DNA of 61,610 bases, counting the filler. It is 7 parts of 7 records of this genome, joined end to end, with 100 filler letters (N's around TTAATTAATTAA, not from the genome) between each part and the next. Parts side by side here need not be neighbours in the genome. Positions count along the whole stretch, not along the records: positions 1 to 9,503 come from SRR31147125_19240; positions 9,604 to 16,283 come from SRR31147125_19245; 5 more parts are not named here. One strand, 5' to 3'. Shown here piece by piece: positions 1 to 10,501 of the stretch; the first letter of the stretch is position 1, and every line of letters begins with the position of its first letter. Both the position numbers and the translations under genes were made by a program. The notes under the pieces were generated by a model, which was not told where the DNA came from, ran no database searches, and worked only from the letters and a program-made list of their open reading frames with translations.

Positions 1-774
1 GGGGTGGATACTATTACTTCGCCCTGCCCTCCTTTAGTCTGTATTCCTACCACCTCAGGTGCATCCGCCGATGTTTCGCAATTTGCTATAATCGGTGACA
101 CTGAAAGAAGAGTAAAGATGGCAATTGTCAGTAAGGCGCTGGTTCCCGATATATCCTTACTTGATCCATGTACCACTGTAACCATGAATAGTGAATTGAC
201 CGCAAACACCGGGATGGATGCTTTGACGCATTCTTTTGAAGCACTTGTTTCAAATGCTTCATCATCAATAACAACTCTACATGCTCTTGAGTCAATTCGA
301 TTGATTAATTTAGGACTTATAAATGCCTATAATGATGGCGATGATATCTCAGCCCGTAGTGAGATGATGCTAGGAAGTCTGCATGCTGGTCTTGCCTTCT
401 CCAATGCCAGTCTTGGTGCAGTGCATGCAATGGCTCATGCATTGGGCGGGTTTTATGATCTACCTCACGGTGAATGCAATGCGATTCTACTGCCACATGT
501 AATACGTTTTAATTATGAAGCAGCTTCTGCGGAGTATGACCGTGCATGTCACATTCTTGCACCTGAACAAACTCCGAGTAAAGATGTCTTGTTGAATGCT
601 ATTCTATTATTAATGCAGGCTATTGAAATAACTCCTAGTCTTTCTGAGTTGGGGGTCAGTAAAAAGGATTTTGTTGCTCTAGCCGACTTAGCAGTTCAGG
701 ATGCCTGTATGGCTACCAACCCGGTAGTTGCTTCTAATTCTGATATCATAGGGATCTTTGAAAATGCCTTCTGA
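1..774 (+). CDS. Iron-containing alcohol dehydrogenase family protein, ErcA-like (5'-truncated by window edge)
   Basis: Motifs IPTTSG, TGMDALTH, AFSNASLGAVHAMAH, PHGECNA; its stop overlaps the start of the downstream ErcS-like kinase. Confidence 0.9.
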   Translation, partial: GVDTITSPCPPLVCIPTTSGASADVSQFAIIGDTERRVKMAIVSKALVPDISLLDPCTTVTMNSELTANTGMDALTHSFEALVSNASSSITTLHALESIRLINLGLINAYNDGDDISARSEMMLGSLHAGLAFSNASLGAVHAMAHALGGFYDLPHGECNAILLPHVIRFNYEAASAEYDRACHILAPEQTPSKDVLLNAILLLMQAIEITPSLSELGVSKKDFVALADLAVQDACMATNPVVASNSDIIGIFENAF

Positions 775-2380
775 TTCTCATAATAAACATGAAGAGTATC
801 GTAATAAATTGCTGGGTCTTGGTGACTCTTCTCTTCGAAAGAATTATTACCCGGAACTTCGTAGACATATGAAGGAATTGGAGGAGTCACGTTTACGGTA
901 TAAAGCAATATTCAATGCAACCGCTGATGGTTTATTTATTCACGACTCCAAAACGTATAAAATAATAGACGTTAATGAGCAGGTGTGTCATATGTTTGGC
1001 TATACTGAAGAAGAGATAAAGAGTATTGAGTTTGCAGAGATGTGCAGCGAAGAAGCACCTTATACAATTGATGATGCAGCAAATCTTATCAAACAAACCC
1101 TTCGTTGCGGAATTCAGAGTTTTGAATGGAAGTGCAAGCGAAAAGACGGCAGCAATTTCTGGGCAGATATTATCCTCAATGTTGTTGATATTGATAATAA
1201 AAAATGCGTTATTGCATCTGTACGTGATATTACTGCTAAAAAACTTCTCGAAGAACAATTGCTGCATAGTCAGAAGATGGATGCAATGGGACAGCTTGCT
1301 GGTGGCGTAGCACATGATTTCAATAATATGCTGACTGGGATTATTGGTGCAGCTGAAATAATTAATTCAGCAACAGATAATGAGAAGATAAAGATAATGT
1401 CAGAAATAATATTAAAGGCTGCAGATACCGCAGGAAACCTGACAACGCAGTTGCTCTCTTTTTCTCATAAAGGCACATTTAAGCAACAGCCAATTCACAT
1501 TCATAAAGCAATTGATAATGCTACCGTAATCCTTCAGCGTAGTCTTGCTAAGAATATCGAACTTAATCTGGAACTAAACGCTAAGAACGATATTATTGAT
1601 GGAGACCTATCACTAATAGAGAATATTATTTTAAATATGTCTCTCAATGCCAGAGATGCGATGCCGGATGGTGGTAAAATAATAATTACTACAGATAACC
1701 GTTTACCTAAACAAACGCTATCCTCTGGCGTAGTACGACAAATCCCCGATCACTGTATTTGCATTACAGTCGAAGATTCAGGTCACGGAATTCCTGATGA
1801 AATTTGCCAGCATATTTTCGAGCCGTTTTATACCACAAAAGAGACAGGCAAAGGTACTGGTCTGGGTCTGGCTGCAGTATATGGGGCGGTACAGCGCCAT
1901 AACGGTATTATTGATGTTAAAAGTAATGTCGGTGACGGCACTACTTTTTATATATTTCTACCTTTGGCATTGTCTAAGGCATCACCTGCAGTAGATGATA
2001 ATTTTAAAGAAGTGCGTGGTGCTGGAAAGATTCTTCTGGTAGATGATGAAAAGATTCTACGGCATGTTGGGAAAGACATGCTGAAGGCTTTAGGGTATGA
2101 AGTCGTGACTGCCAAAGATGGGCAGGATGGAATTGAGCAGTTTATCAAGCATACCCCTGATCTGGTACTGCTTGATATGGTTATGCCAATAATGGATGGA
2201 AAAGAGTGCTTTCATGCTCTTAAAAACCTAGAACCTGATATCGCTATAATTGCAATGTCCGGTTATGCCCCGGATTCAACCATTAATGATCTTTTCTGTG
2301 ATGGTCTTGCTGGATTTATAAAAAAACCTTTCAAAATCAAAAGTATAAGTAAAGAAATTGCTAGCGTTTTATCGCGTTAA
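764..2380 (+). CDS. PAS-domain hybrid sensor histidine kinase/response regulator (ErcS-like)
   Basis: N-terminal LLGLGDSSLRKNYYPEL, PAS, H-box AHDFNN, NARDAM, GKGTGLGL, C-terminal receiver (LVDDE...LLDMVMP...KP). ATG 764 preferred to TTG 758. Confidence 0.92.
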   Translation: MPSDSHNKHEEYRNKLLGLGDSSLRKNYYPELRRHMKELEESRLRYKAIFNATADGLFIHDSKTYKIIDVNEQVCHMFGYTEEEIKSIEFAEMCSEEAPYTIDDAANLIKQTLRCGIQSFEWKCKRKDGSNFWADIILNVVDIDNKKCVIASVRDITAKKLLEEQLLHSQKMDAMGQLAGGVAHDFNNMLTGIIGAAEIINSATDNEKIKIMSEIILKAADTAGNLTTQLLSFSHKGTFKQQPIHIHKAIDNATVILQRSLAKNIELNLELNAKNDIIDGDLSLIENIILNMSLNARDAMPDGGKIIITTDNRLPKQTLSSGVVRQIPDHCICITVEDSGHGIPDEICQHIFEPFYTTKETGKGTGLGLAAVYGAVQRHNGIIDVKSNVGDGTTFYIFLPLALSKASPAVDDNFKEVRGAGKILLVDDEKILRHVGKDMLKALGYEVVTAKDGQDGIEQFIKHTPDLVLLDMVMPIMDGKECFHALKNLEPDIAIIAMSGYAPDSTINDLFCDGLAGFIKKPFKIKSISKEIASVLSR

Positions 2381-2543
2381 AATTGATCTTTAACAATATT
2401 CTCATGCCCGACATCTTTCAATAAAAGTAGTCGTTATTATATTATTATCTTAGTATTAGCGATCCTTTGCTGTATGTGGTTATCAATCAATCCTTGAAAT
2501 AAATATGATTGTAAATATAAAAAAATGCTAAAATATAATAAGC

Positions 2544-2573
2544 TAAAAATTTATAGATTAAAAATTTATAGAT
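2544..2573. repeat. Perfect 15-bp tandem duplication (TAAAAATTTATAGAT x2) immediately upstream of the chemoreceptor RBS
   Basis: Copies at 2544-2558 and 2559-2573, followed by AAGGAG and ATG 2586. Confidence 0.85.
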
Positions 2574-2585
2574 AAGGAGATCCAA

Positions 2586-4268
2586 ATGGGGTTAAGAGAG
2601 AAAATTATCGGAAGTATTGTTTTGATCTGTCTAATAACAGTCTGCCTGGTCTCATATTCTGCTTACACGCTACAGCATCAGAATAGTGATGGGAAGGTTA
2701 TAAATATTGCAGGCAGGCAGCGGATGCTCTGCCAGAAGATGAGTAAAGAATCATTTGTTATCGCAAATTATGGTTTGAATGCTGAGCTTTCTGAAAATCT
2801 GACTGCAACAGTAGATGAATTTGATACTGCGTTAACAGATCTAATTAATGGTAATACAGCTAGAGTAATACCAGCTCCGGCAGAAAGTGCAATTATAACT
2901 CAACTTGGAATAGTTCAGGAACTCTGGATGAGTTTTAAACCAAATATTTTAGCTTTGACGCAAGAAAAGTCTGACTCAGAGGAATTTCAGAATAGCCTCA
3001 AATATGTCAAAGACAATAATATTGCACTTCTCAAGAATTTAAATAAAGCTGTAGGCTTATTTGAACTCTCATCTAGAGAAAAAATTGATTACCTAATGTT
3101 TGTTTTATTTGCTGGTGGCTCAATTATTTTGATTGTCTCTATACTGGCAAGCCTAGTAATCAATTATAAAGTCATCAAGCCTTTAAAAAGTGTTTCTGAT
3201 ATGATCCTTGAGTTAGATAATGGCAACCTTGATGTTCGTTTAAACATGAAAAGCAGAAGCGATGAAATAGGTCATATGGCTAAGTCGGTAGATAGCTTTG
3301 CAGAGAATATGCAGAATGAGATTATTAAGGCCTTTGATTCACTTGGTAATGGTGATTTAACTTTTGCAGCTAAAGGCATCATAAAAGAGCCGCTCAAAAA
3401 GGTTAATGTAGAAATGAGTAAACTCCTCTGCTCTATTATCAGTTCCGCCACTAATGTGGCACAAGGTAGTGGCGAACTTGCAGGAGCAAGTGAAAGTCTT
3501 GCTCAGGGCTCCACAGAACAGGCTGCGACCTTACAGGAAATTAGTAGTTCTATCAATTCTATTGATGAAAGAACTCAGAGTGATGCTAAGAATGCTCAGA
3601 AAGTAGAGCATATTTCAGCTAACGCCTATAAATCTGCCGAAAAAGGTAATGCGAGTATGCAGGAAATGCTGAGTGCTATGGAAGATATTCATACATCCAG
3701 TGAAGAGATTGGTAGAATTATTAAGACAATTGATGATATTGCTTTCCAAACTAATCTTCTAGCTCTAAACGCTGCTGTTGAGGCTGCCAGAGCTGGTATT
3801 CATGGTAAAGGTTTTGCAGTAGTTGCTGAGGAGGTTCGTAATCTCGCAAATAGAAGTGCAAAAGCAGCAAGTGAAACAAGTCACCTTATTGAGGGAGCAG
3901 TGAACAAAATTAAAAGAGGTATGGATATTTCCAATAATACAGCCGAAGCACTCGAGCAGATAAAAGTTGAAGTAACTCAGGTTCGTGATGTTGTTAGTGA
4001 TATTGCTGATTCAACAACTGCTCAGGCAAGAGGAATAAGCGAGGTTAATGTCGGGCTTACTCAGCTTGATGAAGTGACACAAGTAAATGCAACAATATCA
4101 GAGAAGACTGCATCAGCAAGTTCATTGCTGGCTACGAAAGCAGGCCAGCAGGTTGAGAAGATAAATACATTTAAAATCATAGCTTGTGAAACCATTGACT
4201 ATGAAAAAGATATTGAGAAGTTAGATTTTTCAAAGGAAAATATTTTACTTCTAAGTCAGACCAAATAA
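2586..4268 (+). CDS. Methyl-accepting chemotaxis protein with PilJ/NarX-like periplasmic sensor and HAMP domain
   Basis: Two TM segments, INIAGRQRML box, HAMP (DEIGHMA), MCP tip IAFQTNLLALNAAVEAARAG..GKGFAVVAEEVR. Confidence 0.93.
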   Translation: MGLREKIIGSIVLICLITVCLVSYSAYTLQHQNSDGKVINIAGRQRMLCQKMSKESFVIANYGLNAELSENLTATVDEFDTALTDLINGNTARVIPAPAESAIITQLGIVQELWMSFKPNILALTQEKSDSEEFQNSLKYVKDNNIALLKNLNKAVGLFELSSREKIDYLMFVLFAGGSIILIVSILASLVINYKVIKPLKSVSDMILELDNGNLDVRLNMKSRSDEIGHMAKSVDSFAENMQNEIIKAFDSLGNGDLTFAAKGIIKEPLKKVNVEMSKLLCSIISSATNVAQGSGELAGASESLAQGSTEQAATLQEISSSINSIDERTQSDAKNAQKVEHISANAYKSAEKGNASMQEMLSAMEDIHTSSEEIGRIIKTIDDIAFQTNLLALNAAVEAARAGIHGKGFAVVAEEVRNLANRSAKAASETSHLIEGAVNKIKRGMDISNNTAEALEQIKVEVTQVRDVVSDIADSTTAQARGISEVNVGLTQLDEVTQVNATISEKTASASSLLATKAGQQVEKINTFKIIACETIDYEKDIEKLDFSKENILLLSQTK

Positions 4269-4305
4269 CCGAAGAAACAGTCTGTCTTATTCATTGCTTT
4301 ACAAT

Positions 4306-4341
4306 ATAGCAACCCTTATAATGGGGTTGCTATTGATTTAT
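4306..4341. terminator. Hairpin between convergent MCP and GntR genes
   Basis: ATAGCAACCC/GGGTTGCTAT 10-bp stem. Confidence 0.6.
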
Positions 4342-4405
4342 ACTATTATCAAAGAGTTCAAATTAAACAAGAATATGGCTTGTGCATAGTTGTATAAGCA
4401 TGAAC

Positions 4406-5121
4406 TCAATGTTTGATTTCATATTGAAATCTATCGGCACGTATCTTGTTATCATCATAAGTTAAAGGAGATTTATTGGCTGATGTGATTCGTTTGAAGG
4501 TGATAAGAGGCTCGCCGCACTTTATATGCAAGAGTTCTGCTTCAGTAAAGTCTGCAGATTTTGCTGAAATAATATCATGCGTCGAATCAATTTTCAGATC
4601 GTATTTTTTCTCTAAAAGCTCATATAGTGATTCCATGCTATCAAGTGAACGCTCTATTTCAGGCACTAATTCTGGATTTAAATAATTAACAACAATTGAT
4701 ATAGGAGTGTCATCAACCAACTGTATTCTCTGCAAACGCAATACTTCCTCCCCTTCCATAAGGTTAAGAGCACTGGCAACTTCCTTTGTTGCAGCAACTA
4801 TGTCTGAATAAACATTTCTTGGGCGTACAACCAGACCCTTTTTTTGAGTGTCTTATATATAGAGCTCAGCATCCCAACGTCTTGCTTTTCAGAGCGATTT
4901 AATACCATAGTACCTCGCCCCTGAGTAACTTCTACATATTTAGCCTGCGCAAGCATCTCTATCGCACGTCTTATAGTTGTTCTGCTAACTTGATAGTGTT
5001 TTTCAAGATCAGATTCAGGAGGCAAAAATGAATCTGGCGGAAACTTCCCACTCAAAATTTCATCTCTCAGTGAATTATGAACATTGATATATGCCGGTTG
5101 CTTAGGTTTCATTATTATCAC
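4406..5121 (-). CDS. GntR-family (HutC/UTRA) transcriptional regulator, split by a 1-nt indel
   Basis: wHTH LPPESDL...VSRTTIRRAI...GRGT (4798-5121) plus UTRA domain (4406-4759); one more base in the T7 run 4839-4845 gives KKKGLVVRPRNVYSDIVAATKEVASALNLMEG in frame. Confidence 0.85.
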
Positions 5122-5808
5122 TCCCCAAAAATAATTTCTTTCATTATCCCTATTAATTCATATTTGTCAACGTAAAGAAGAATAAATCAAACATCAGTGT
5201 TTATAATACTATCTATTCAACCTAAAACAATCAACTGTGATTGCTATTCAGGAATAAACCGTTAATACCTCGGTATGTTGATATAATATGATTTTTTGTC
5301 CATAATAATTGTGTGTCAATTCGTAATGAACAGTTATTACTATTTGCTACTATGATGATTTAGATACCAATTTATAATTGGGCGCGTAAATTCAACTTAC
5401 ACTGCACGACAATAGTCTCATAAATCCCTATAACATTAAAGGAGCGCTGCTGTGTTCGCAAATCATTAATGCTCACTAAAGGTAATATTCGCATTTTAGA
5501 AATACCAATTAATAATAAATTAGTTGCATAAGAAAAACGATGGGGTATATTGATAGTATAAGTTGAGTTTGGGATGATTATATATAAATCTTTAACCTTT
5601 GTTTTATTGTAAATAAATCATGAACATCCTAATTATCATGAAACAAGAAACAATTTTGTAACTTTTGAGCTTGTAAAATTTTTAGTATATGGTGAATCAA
5701 AACTGCATAGTTATTATTTGTAGCGTTTTTATCCATAAAACTTCTGGTGTCAATGATATCAAAAATGATAAATAATACAGTATATAAAATAGTACTTAAG
5801 GAGTAAGT

Positions 5809-7302
5809 ATGGGGAAGTCAATTTTAAGAGTTAATAATATTAGTAAGCATTTCGGTGGAGTCTGCGCACTGCAGGATATTTCCATGGAAATAACGGAGGG
5901 AAAAGTTTGTGCATTAATGGGGGAGAATGGTGCTGGAAAGAGTACACTTGGTAAGATTATTTCTGGGATAATTCCGGCTAGTTCAGGAAGTATTGAATTT
6001 AATGATGAAGAACTGCACTTTGAAACTGCGTTGGATGCACAGGAAAAAGGTATTGCCATAATAATGCAGGAGTTGGATTTATTTTTCAATCAAACTATTG
6101 CAGAGAATATTGCTCTAGCCAATGCAAACTTTCCTAAATATTCTTCAGGTTTTATAAATCATAAGAAACTCAACAAGCAATGTCTTCCATGGCTTGAAAA
6201 AGTCGGTCTCAATCTTAATCCATCCACTGTTTTGAGTCAACTTCCTATTGGGCAGGTTCAGCTAGTTGCTATAGCCGTGGCATTATCCATGGATTGCAAG
6301 TTGATTATTATGGATGAGCCTACAAGTTCACTCACTGGTGAAGGTGTGGAAACTCTTTTCAAGCTCATACGAGAGCTCAAAGAGCATGGGATTACTATAA
6401 TTTATGTATCTCATAAGATGAGTGAAATCTTTGATATCGCAGATGAAATTGTCGTAATGCGAGATGGCTGCTATGTGGATAAGAAGAATACCGAAGATAC
6501 CAGTCCTGATGAGATTATTTCATTAATGGTTGGCAGAGATATTGATTCCTCCGCAATCAATAAGAGTTACCTAAAAGATGAAACAGTACTTGAACTGCAG
6601 AATCTGACAACACGCCATGTTACAGATATCAGCCTCAAGCTGCGAAAAGGTGAAGTTCTCGGGATGGCTGGGCTTGTCGGTGCTGGCAGGAGTGAACTTG
6701 CCGAAGCTCTATTCGGACTTGATTCAGTCCAATCTGGTAAGGTCATACTCAAGGGAAATGAAATTGTTATCAGTAAACCCAAGGATGCAATGGATGCAGG
6801 TATTGGGTTCGTTCCTGAAGACCGTAAGTGGCAAGGGTTGATGATGAAGCAGAGCGTCGAGGATAATCTCTGCATGTCAACTCATGAAAAAATCAGTAAT
6901 CGTGGTTTTATAAACAAACAGAGAGTCGATAGCTCATACCTGAAAGCGACTCTTGGCACAAAGCTGAAAGCTGCTTCAAGTACAATCGGTATTGGCACAC
7001 TCAGTGGTGGCAACCAGCAGAAGGTTTTATTGTCAAGATGGTTGCTTGTAGATCCTGAAATTATCTTTTTAGATGAACCTACTCGTGGAATTGATGTCGG
7101 TGCAAAGCAGGATATATATGAAATTATTGAAGATCTGGCTTATAAGGGGAAGAGTATTATCCTGGTAAGTTCTGAATTACCGGAATTACTCCGGTGCTGT
7201 GATAGAATTGCTGTAATGAGTGCCGGCAGGCTCGCGGGAGTTGTTGAAAAAGAAAACACTGACCAGGAAGAAATAATGGAACTGGCAATGAAATATCTCT
7301 AA
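5809..7302 (+). CDS. Monosaccharide ABC transporter ATP-binding protein (RbsA/MglA type, two ABC domains)
   Basis: GENGAGKST, MDEPTSS, LSGGNQQK, LDEPTRGIDVGAK. Confidence 0.95.
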   Translation: MGKSILRVNNISKHFGGVCALQDISMEITEGKVCALMGENGAGKSTLGKIISGIIPASSGSIEFNDEELHFETALDAQEKGIAIIMQELDLFFNQTIAENIALANANFPKYSSGFINHKKLNKQCLPWLEKVGLNLNPSTVLSQLPIGQVQLVAIAVALSMDCKLIIMDEPTSSLTGEGVETLFKLIRELKEHGITIIYVSHKMSEIFDIADEIVVMRDGCYVDKKNTEDTSPDEIISLMVGRDIDSSAINKSYLKDETVLELQNLTTRHVTDISLKLRKGEVLGMAGLVGAGRSELAEALFGLDSVQSGKVILKGNEIVISKPKDAMDAGIGFVPEDRKWQGLMMKQSVEDNLCMSTHEKISNRGFINKQRVDSSYLKATLGTKLKAASSTIGIGTLSGGNQQKVLLSRWLLVDPEIIFLDEPTRGIDVGAKQDIYEIIEDLAYKGKSIILVSSELPELLRCCDRIAVMSAGRLAGVVEKENTDQEEIMELAMKYL

Positions 7303-7316
7303 GAAAGGTTTTATTT

Positions 7317-8312
7317 ATGAATGTATTTTTGGGAAAAGCAATCGGGGTATTGGGAAAGTTCAGGTATTTAACAGGCCTTATCCTCGTCTTTATATTGGCA
7401 ATACTCATGAGTCCGGCTCAACGTAAATCCGGAGATCTGATCTTCTTAACATTTGACAATCTGTCAGATATTATGAGACAGGTTTCTGAGAATGGTATTA
7501 TCGCTCTTGGCATGACTCTGGTTATTATATCTGGTGGTATCGATCTATCTGCTGGTAGTGTTCTTGCACTCTCCGCAACTCTGATAGCAAAGTTGCTGAC
7601 TCAATGGAATCCTGGAGGTCTATCTCCGCAGATACATATAGTACTTTGTGTTGTTATTACTCTTGCGGTTTGCGCAGTCTGCGGAACAATTATGGGTAGT
7701 GTTATTGCCCGTTTTAAAATACAACCCTTTATTGTCACGCTGGCCGGAATGATCGGACTGAGAGGGTTTGCCCGATACCTGACTGATAATGCAAACATTG
7801 ATATTGGTTTCAGTGAAGATACTTCCGCAATTTTTGCTGATGCAGTTTCTCCGAAGTTTATAGTTATTGGTGTCTTTATATTAATGGCTATTATATTTTA
7901 TATTGTTCTGACAAAGTCAGTATTCGGGTTGCGTATTAAGTCAATCGGAGACAATGCCAATGCTTCAAAATATGCTGGTTTACCTGTATCTAAGATTCTG
8001 ATAGCAGTCTACATGATCTCGGGTTTAATGTGTGGTCTTGCAGGTATTCTCCATGCTGCTCAGAACCATCAGGGTAGTCCTAATGATGGGGTAGCTTATG
8101 AGCTGGATGCCATTGCAGCAGTAGTGATTGGTGGGGCTAGTATGAATGGTGGTAAAGGCTCAATTATAGGAACCGTTATTGGTGCATTAATTCTCGGCAT
8201 GATCACAAATATGTTCAGACTTCGTGGTATTGATATCAATATAGAAATGATGTTTAAAGCAGTTATTATTGTTGTTGCGGTCAAAATGCAGACTACTGAA
8301 AAGTCTCATTGA
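7317..8312 (+). CDS. Monosaccharide ABC transporter permease (RbsC type)
   Basis: GGIDLSAG, PFIVTL, YELDAIAAVVIGG; multiple TM helices. Confidence 0.95.
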   Translation: MNVFLGKAIGVLGKFRYLTGLILVFILAILMSPAQRKSGDLIFLTFDNLSDIMRQVSENGIIALGMTLVIISGGIDLSAGSVLALSATLIAKLLTQWNPGGLSPQIHIVLCVVITLAVCAVCGTIMGSVIARFKIQPFIVTLAGMIGLRGFARYLTDNANIDIGFSEDTSAIFADAVSPKFIVIGVFILMAIIFYIVLTKSVFGLRIKSIGDNANASKYAGLPVSKILIAVYMISGLMCGLAGILHAAQNHQGSPNDGVAYELDAIAAVVIGGASMNGGKGSIIGTVIGALILGMITNMFRLRGIDINIEMMFKAVIIVVAVKMQTTEKSH

Positions 8313-8447
8313 GTATAGTAACTTTGATGTGGCTTTCAGTTATCAAAAAAGCAAATCTGTAGTAATTCGCATTTAATATTAAGTATAAAATAAATACTCA
8401 TTGTTGAGTATGTAGATCGTTGTTTGTTAATTTTAGGAGAATTTGAA

Positions 8448-9397
8448 ATGAGAAAGTTATTGTTGAGTGCCATGTTAGTGTTATTAACATTATGTGCTGG
8501 AAGCGTTTACGCTGCTGATATGAATAAGTTAGTCATTTTCAGTCAGTGTAATAATGCAGAACCATATCGTGCTGCACAGAATAAAAGTTTTAAAAACTTA
8601 TGGTCAAAATATGATGATGTAGATTTTGAACTCATGGATGCCCAGCAAGATAACAGCCGTCAGATTTCACAGATAGAGACAGCTATTCGCAAGCAACCTG
8701 ATCTTCTAATTGTCGCACCAAATGAACGCATTCACTCTCAGCAATTATGGGTAAAGCAAAGAAAGCTGGCATTCCTGTTATCTGCCTCGAACGTGATATT
8801 AAAGATGTAGAGAACTACACAACATGGATCATGTCAGATAACTATGTTATAGGTGCACAGGCTGGTCAGTTTATGAAGAACTTTCTAGTTGAAAAGAATG
8901 GTAAAGCAGAAGGCAAGATTGTTGATATTAGAGGACTCCTCGGTGTTGAAGGTGAAATGAAAAGATTCAATGGTGCATGGGATGTTATGAAGAATGACAA
9001 AGGTATCGTTCAGGTACAGGAAGCCGTTGCTGGTTGGTTACAGAGTAAAGCACGTGAACGTATGACAGAGATTCTTAGAGCACAGCCAGAGATTGATATT
9101 GTCTATGGGCATAATGACCCTATGGCAGTCGGCGCATACCTTGCAGCCAAAGATCTTGGTCGGGAAAAAGAAATGATCTTCGTTGGTGTTGACGGTCTTA
9201 ATGGTCCTGGTGGTGGTATCCAGAAAGTAAAAGACGGCATACTTGCAGCTAGTTTCACATACCCACTCTGCACAGATAAAGCTGTAGAAATTGGTTATGA
9301 AATTATGTCAAACCCAGATTTCACTCCAGAAAAACAATATAATGTGGATTCAATGATGGTGACCGAAGCAAATGCAGCCGAACTATATCAAGATTAA
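8448..9397 (+). CDS. Sugar ABC transporter substrate-binding protein (RbsB-like), split by a 1-nt indel near 8733
   Basis: Signal peptide MRKLLLSAML after AGGAG; SQCNNAEPYR, AGIPVICLER, YGHNDPMA, VGVDG; adding one C gives NERIPLSAIMGKAKKAG. Confidence 0.88.
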
Positions 9398-9432
9398 TCG
9401 CTTTTAAATAAGAGCTACTTTCTACAACATAA

Positions 9433-9466
9433 TATAGCAGTAGTCATAATAATGGCTACTGCTATA
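9433..9466 (+). terminator. Long stem-loop after the binding-protein gene
   Basis: TATAGCAGTAGTCAT/ATGGCTACTGCTATA 15-bp stem with one G-U pair. Confidence 0.65.
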
Positions 9467-9503
9467 CAATTTATATTATTGTACTCAGCGAAAGGTAAGT
9501 TTT

Positions 9504-9603
9504 NNNNNNNNNNNNNNNNNNNNNNNNNNNNNNNNNNNNNNNNNNNNTTAATTAATTAANNNNNNNNNNNNNNNNNNNNNNNNNNNNNNNNNNNNNNNNN
9601 NNN
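9504..9603. other. Artificial contig spacer
   Basis: 44 N + TTAATTAATTAA (stops in six frames) + 44 N. Confidence 0.99.
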
Positions 9604-9604
9604 T

Positions 9605-9715
9605 TTTGAAAAGTTACCAGATCTACATGAATTAACATATCCTAAAATTCAACCAGCTCTTTTAGCAAGAGTAATAAAAGATAGTTTAGAACGTAGAAAT
9701 AATAATATTAGTTAA
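9605..9715 (+). CDS. 3' end of a gene, probably a NUDIX hydrolase (truncated by contig edge)
   Basis: Open frame FEKLPDLHELTYPKIQPALLARV...* resembles the LTYPxIQP C-terminus of small NUDIX proteins. Confidence 0.45.
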   Translation, partial: FEKLPDLHELTYPKIQPALLARVIKDSLERRNNNIS

Positions 9716-9731
9716 AAAGAAAAGAGGTTTT

Positions 9732-10439
9732 ATGACAAAAGAAGTTTTTGAGAAGTTTAATATCCATTCTTCTTATAATGATTTTTTTGACAACGAAACT
9801 GTAAATCAGTTAGATGTAATATTCTCTCAAATAGAAAAATCATCATTTACACCATCACGTGAGAATATTTTTAAAGCATTACAAAAAGATATGTTTGAAA
9901 ATAAAGTGGTCTTATTAGGAATGGATCCATATCCTCAAGAGGGAGTTGCAACGGGATTGGCTTTTCAAGTTAACAGAGATAGCTGGAATGATAAAGCTGT
10001 AAATACATCTTTGAAAAATATATTGAAACTACTTTATAAAACTTACACAGGTAAAGTTGAGAGCATTAACAATATTAGAGCTGAAATAACAGCTGGTTCG
10101 TTTGAGATACAATCTCCAAAAGAGTTATTTACCAGATGGCAAGCAGAAGGAGTATTATTGTTAAACGCTGCGTTAACAACTGAAATTGGAAAACCAGGTG
10201 CTCACATAAAATATTGGAAAAAATTTGTTATTAAATTGATTAAATATATCGATGCTAATAATAAGGATTTAATTTGGTTGCTATGGGGAGGGAAAGCCCA
10301 GCAATTTGAAAAATATATTATTCACGGTAACCTAATACAACATAATCATCCTGCTATTTGCGGAAAGCTTGATAATCCAAATGATTTTATGAATGGAATT
10401 AGTTTTTCTGCTACAAAAGAAATAGTTGAATGGATTTAA
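9732..10439 (+). CDS. ung: Uracil-DNA glycosylase, family 1
   Basis: LGMDPYPQ...ATGLAF, SLKNI, W..EGVLLLNAALT, LWGGKA, HP motif. Confidence 0.9.
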   Translation: MTKEVFEKFNIHSSYNDFFDNETVNQLDVIFSQIEKSSFTPSRENIFKALQKDMFENKVVLLGMDPYPQEGVATGLAFQVNRDSWNDKAVNTSLKNILKLLYKTYTGKVESINNIRAEITAGSFEIQSPKELFTRWQAEGVLLLNAALTTEIGKPGAHIKYWKKFVIKLIKYIDANNKDLIWLLWGGKAQQFEKYIIHGNLIQHNHPAICGKLDNPNDFMNGISFSATKEIVEWI

Positions 10440-10501
10440 AGAATAAACTTGTATAAAGTATATAGATAAAAATTAATATAATTTTGAGAGGTGATTTAGA
10501 A

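Noticed and set aside
4839-4845. Frameshift in GntR as programmed recoding or phase variation
   Set aside because: One-base shortfall in a homopolymer, like those at 43582-43586 and 57786-57790; similar single-base indels near 8733 and 18972. The pattern across unrelated contigs points to sequencing error.
5122-5808. Riboswitch or small gene in the long GntR/ABC intergenic region
   Set aside because: AT-rich, no recognisable aptamer consensus or convincing ORF by eye.
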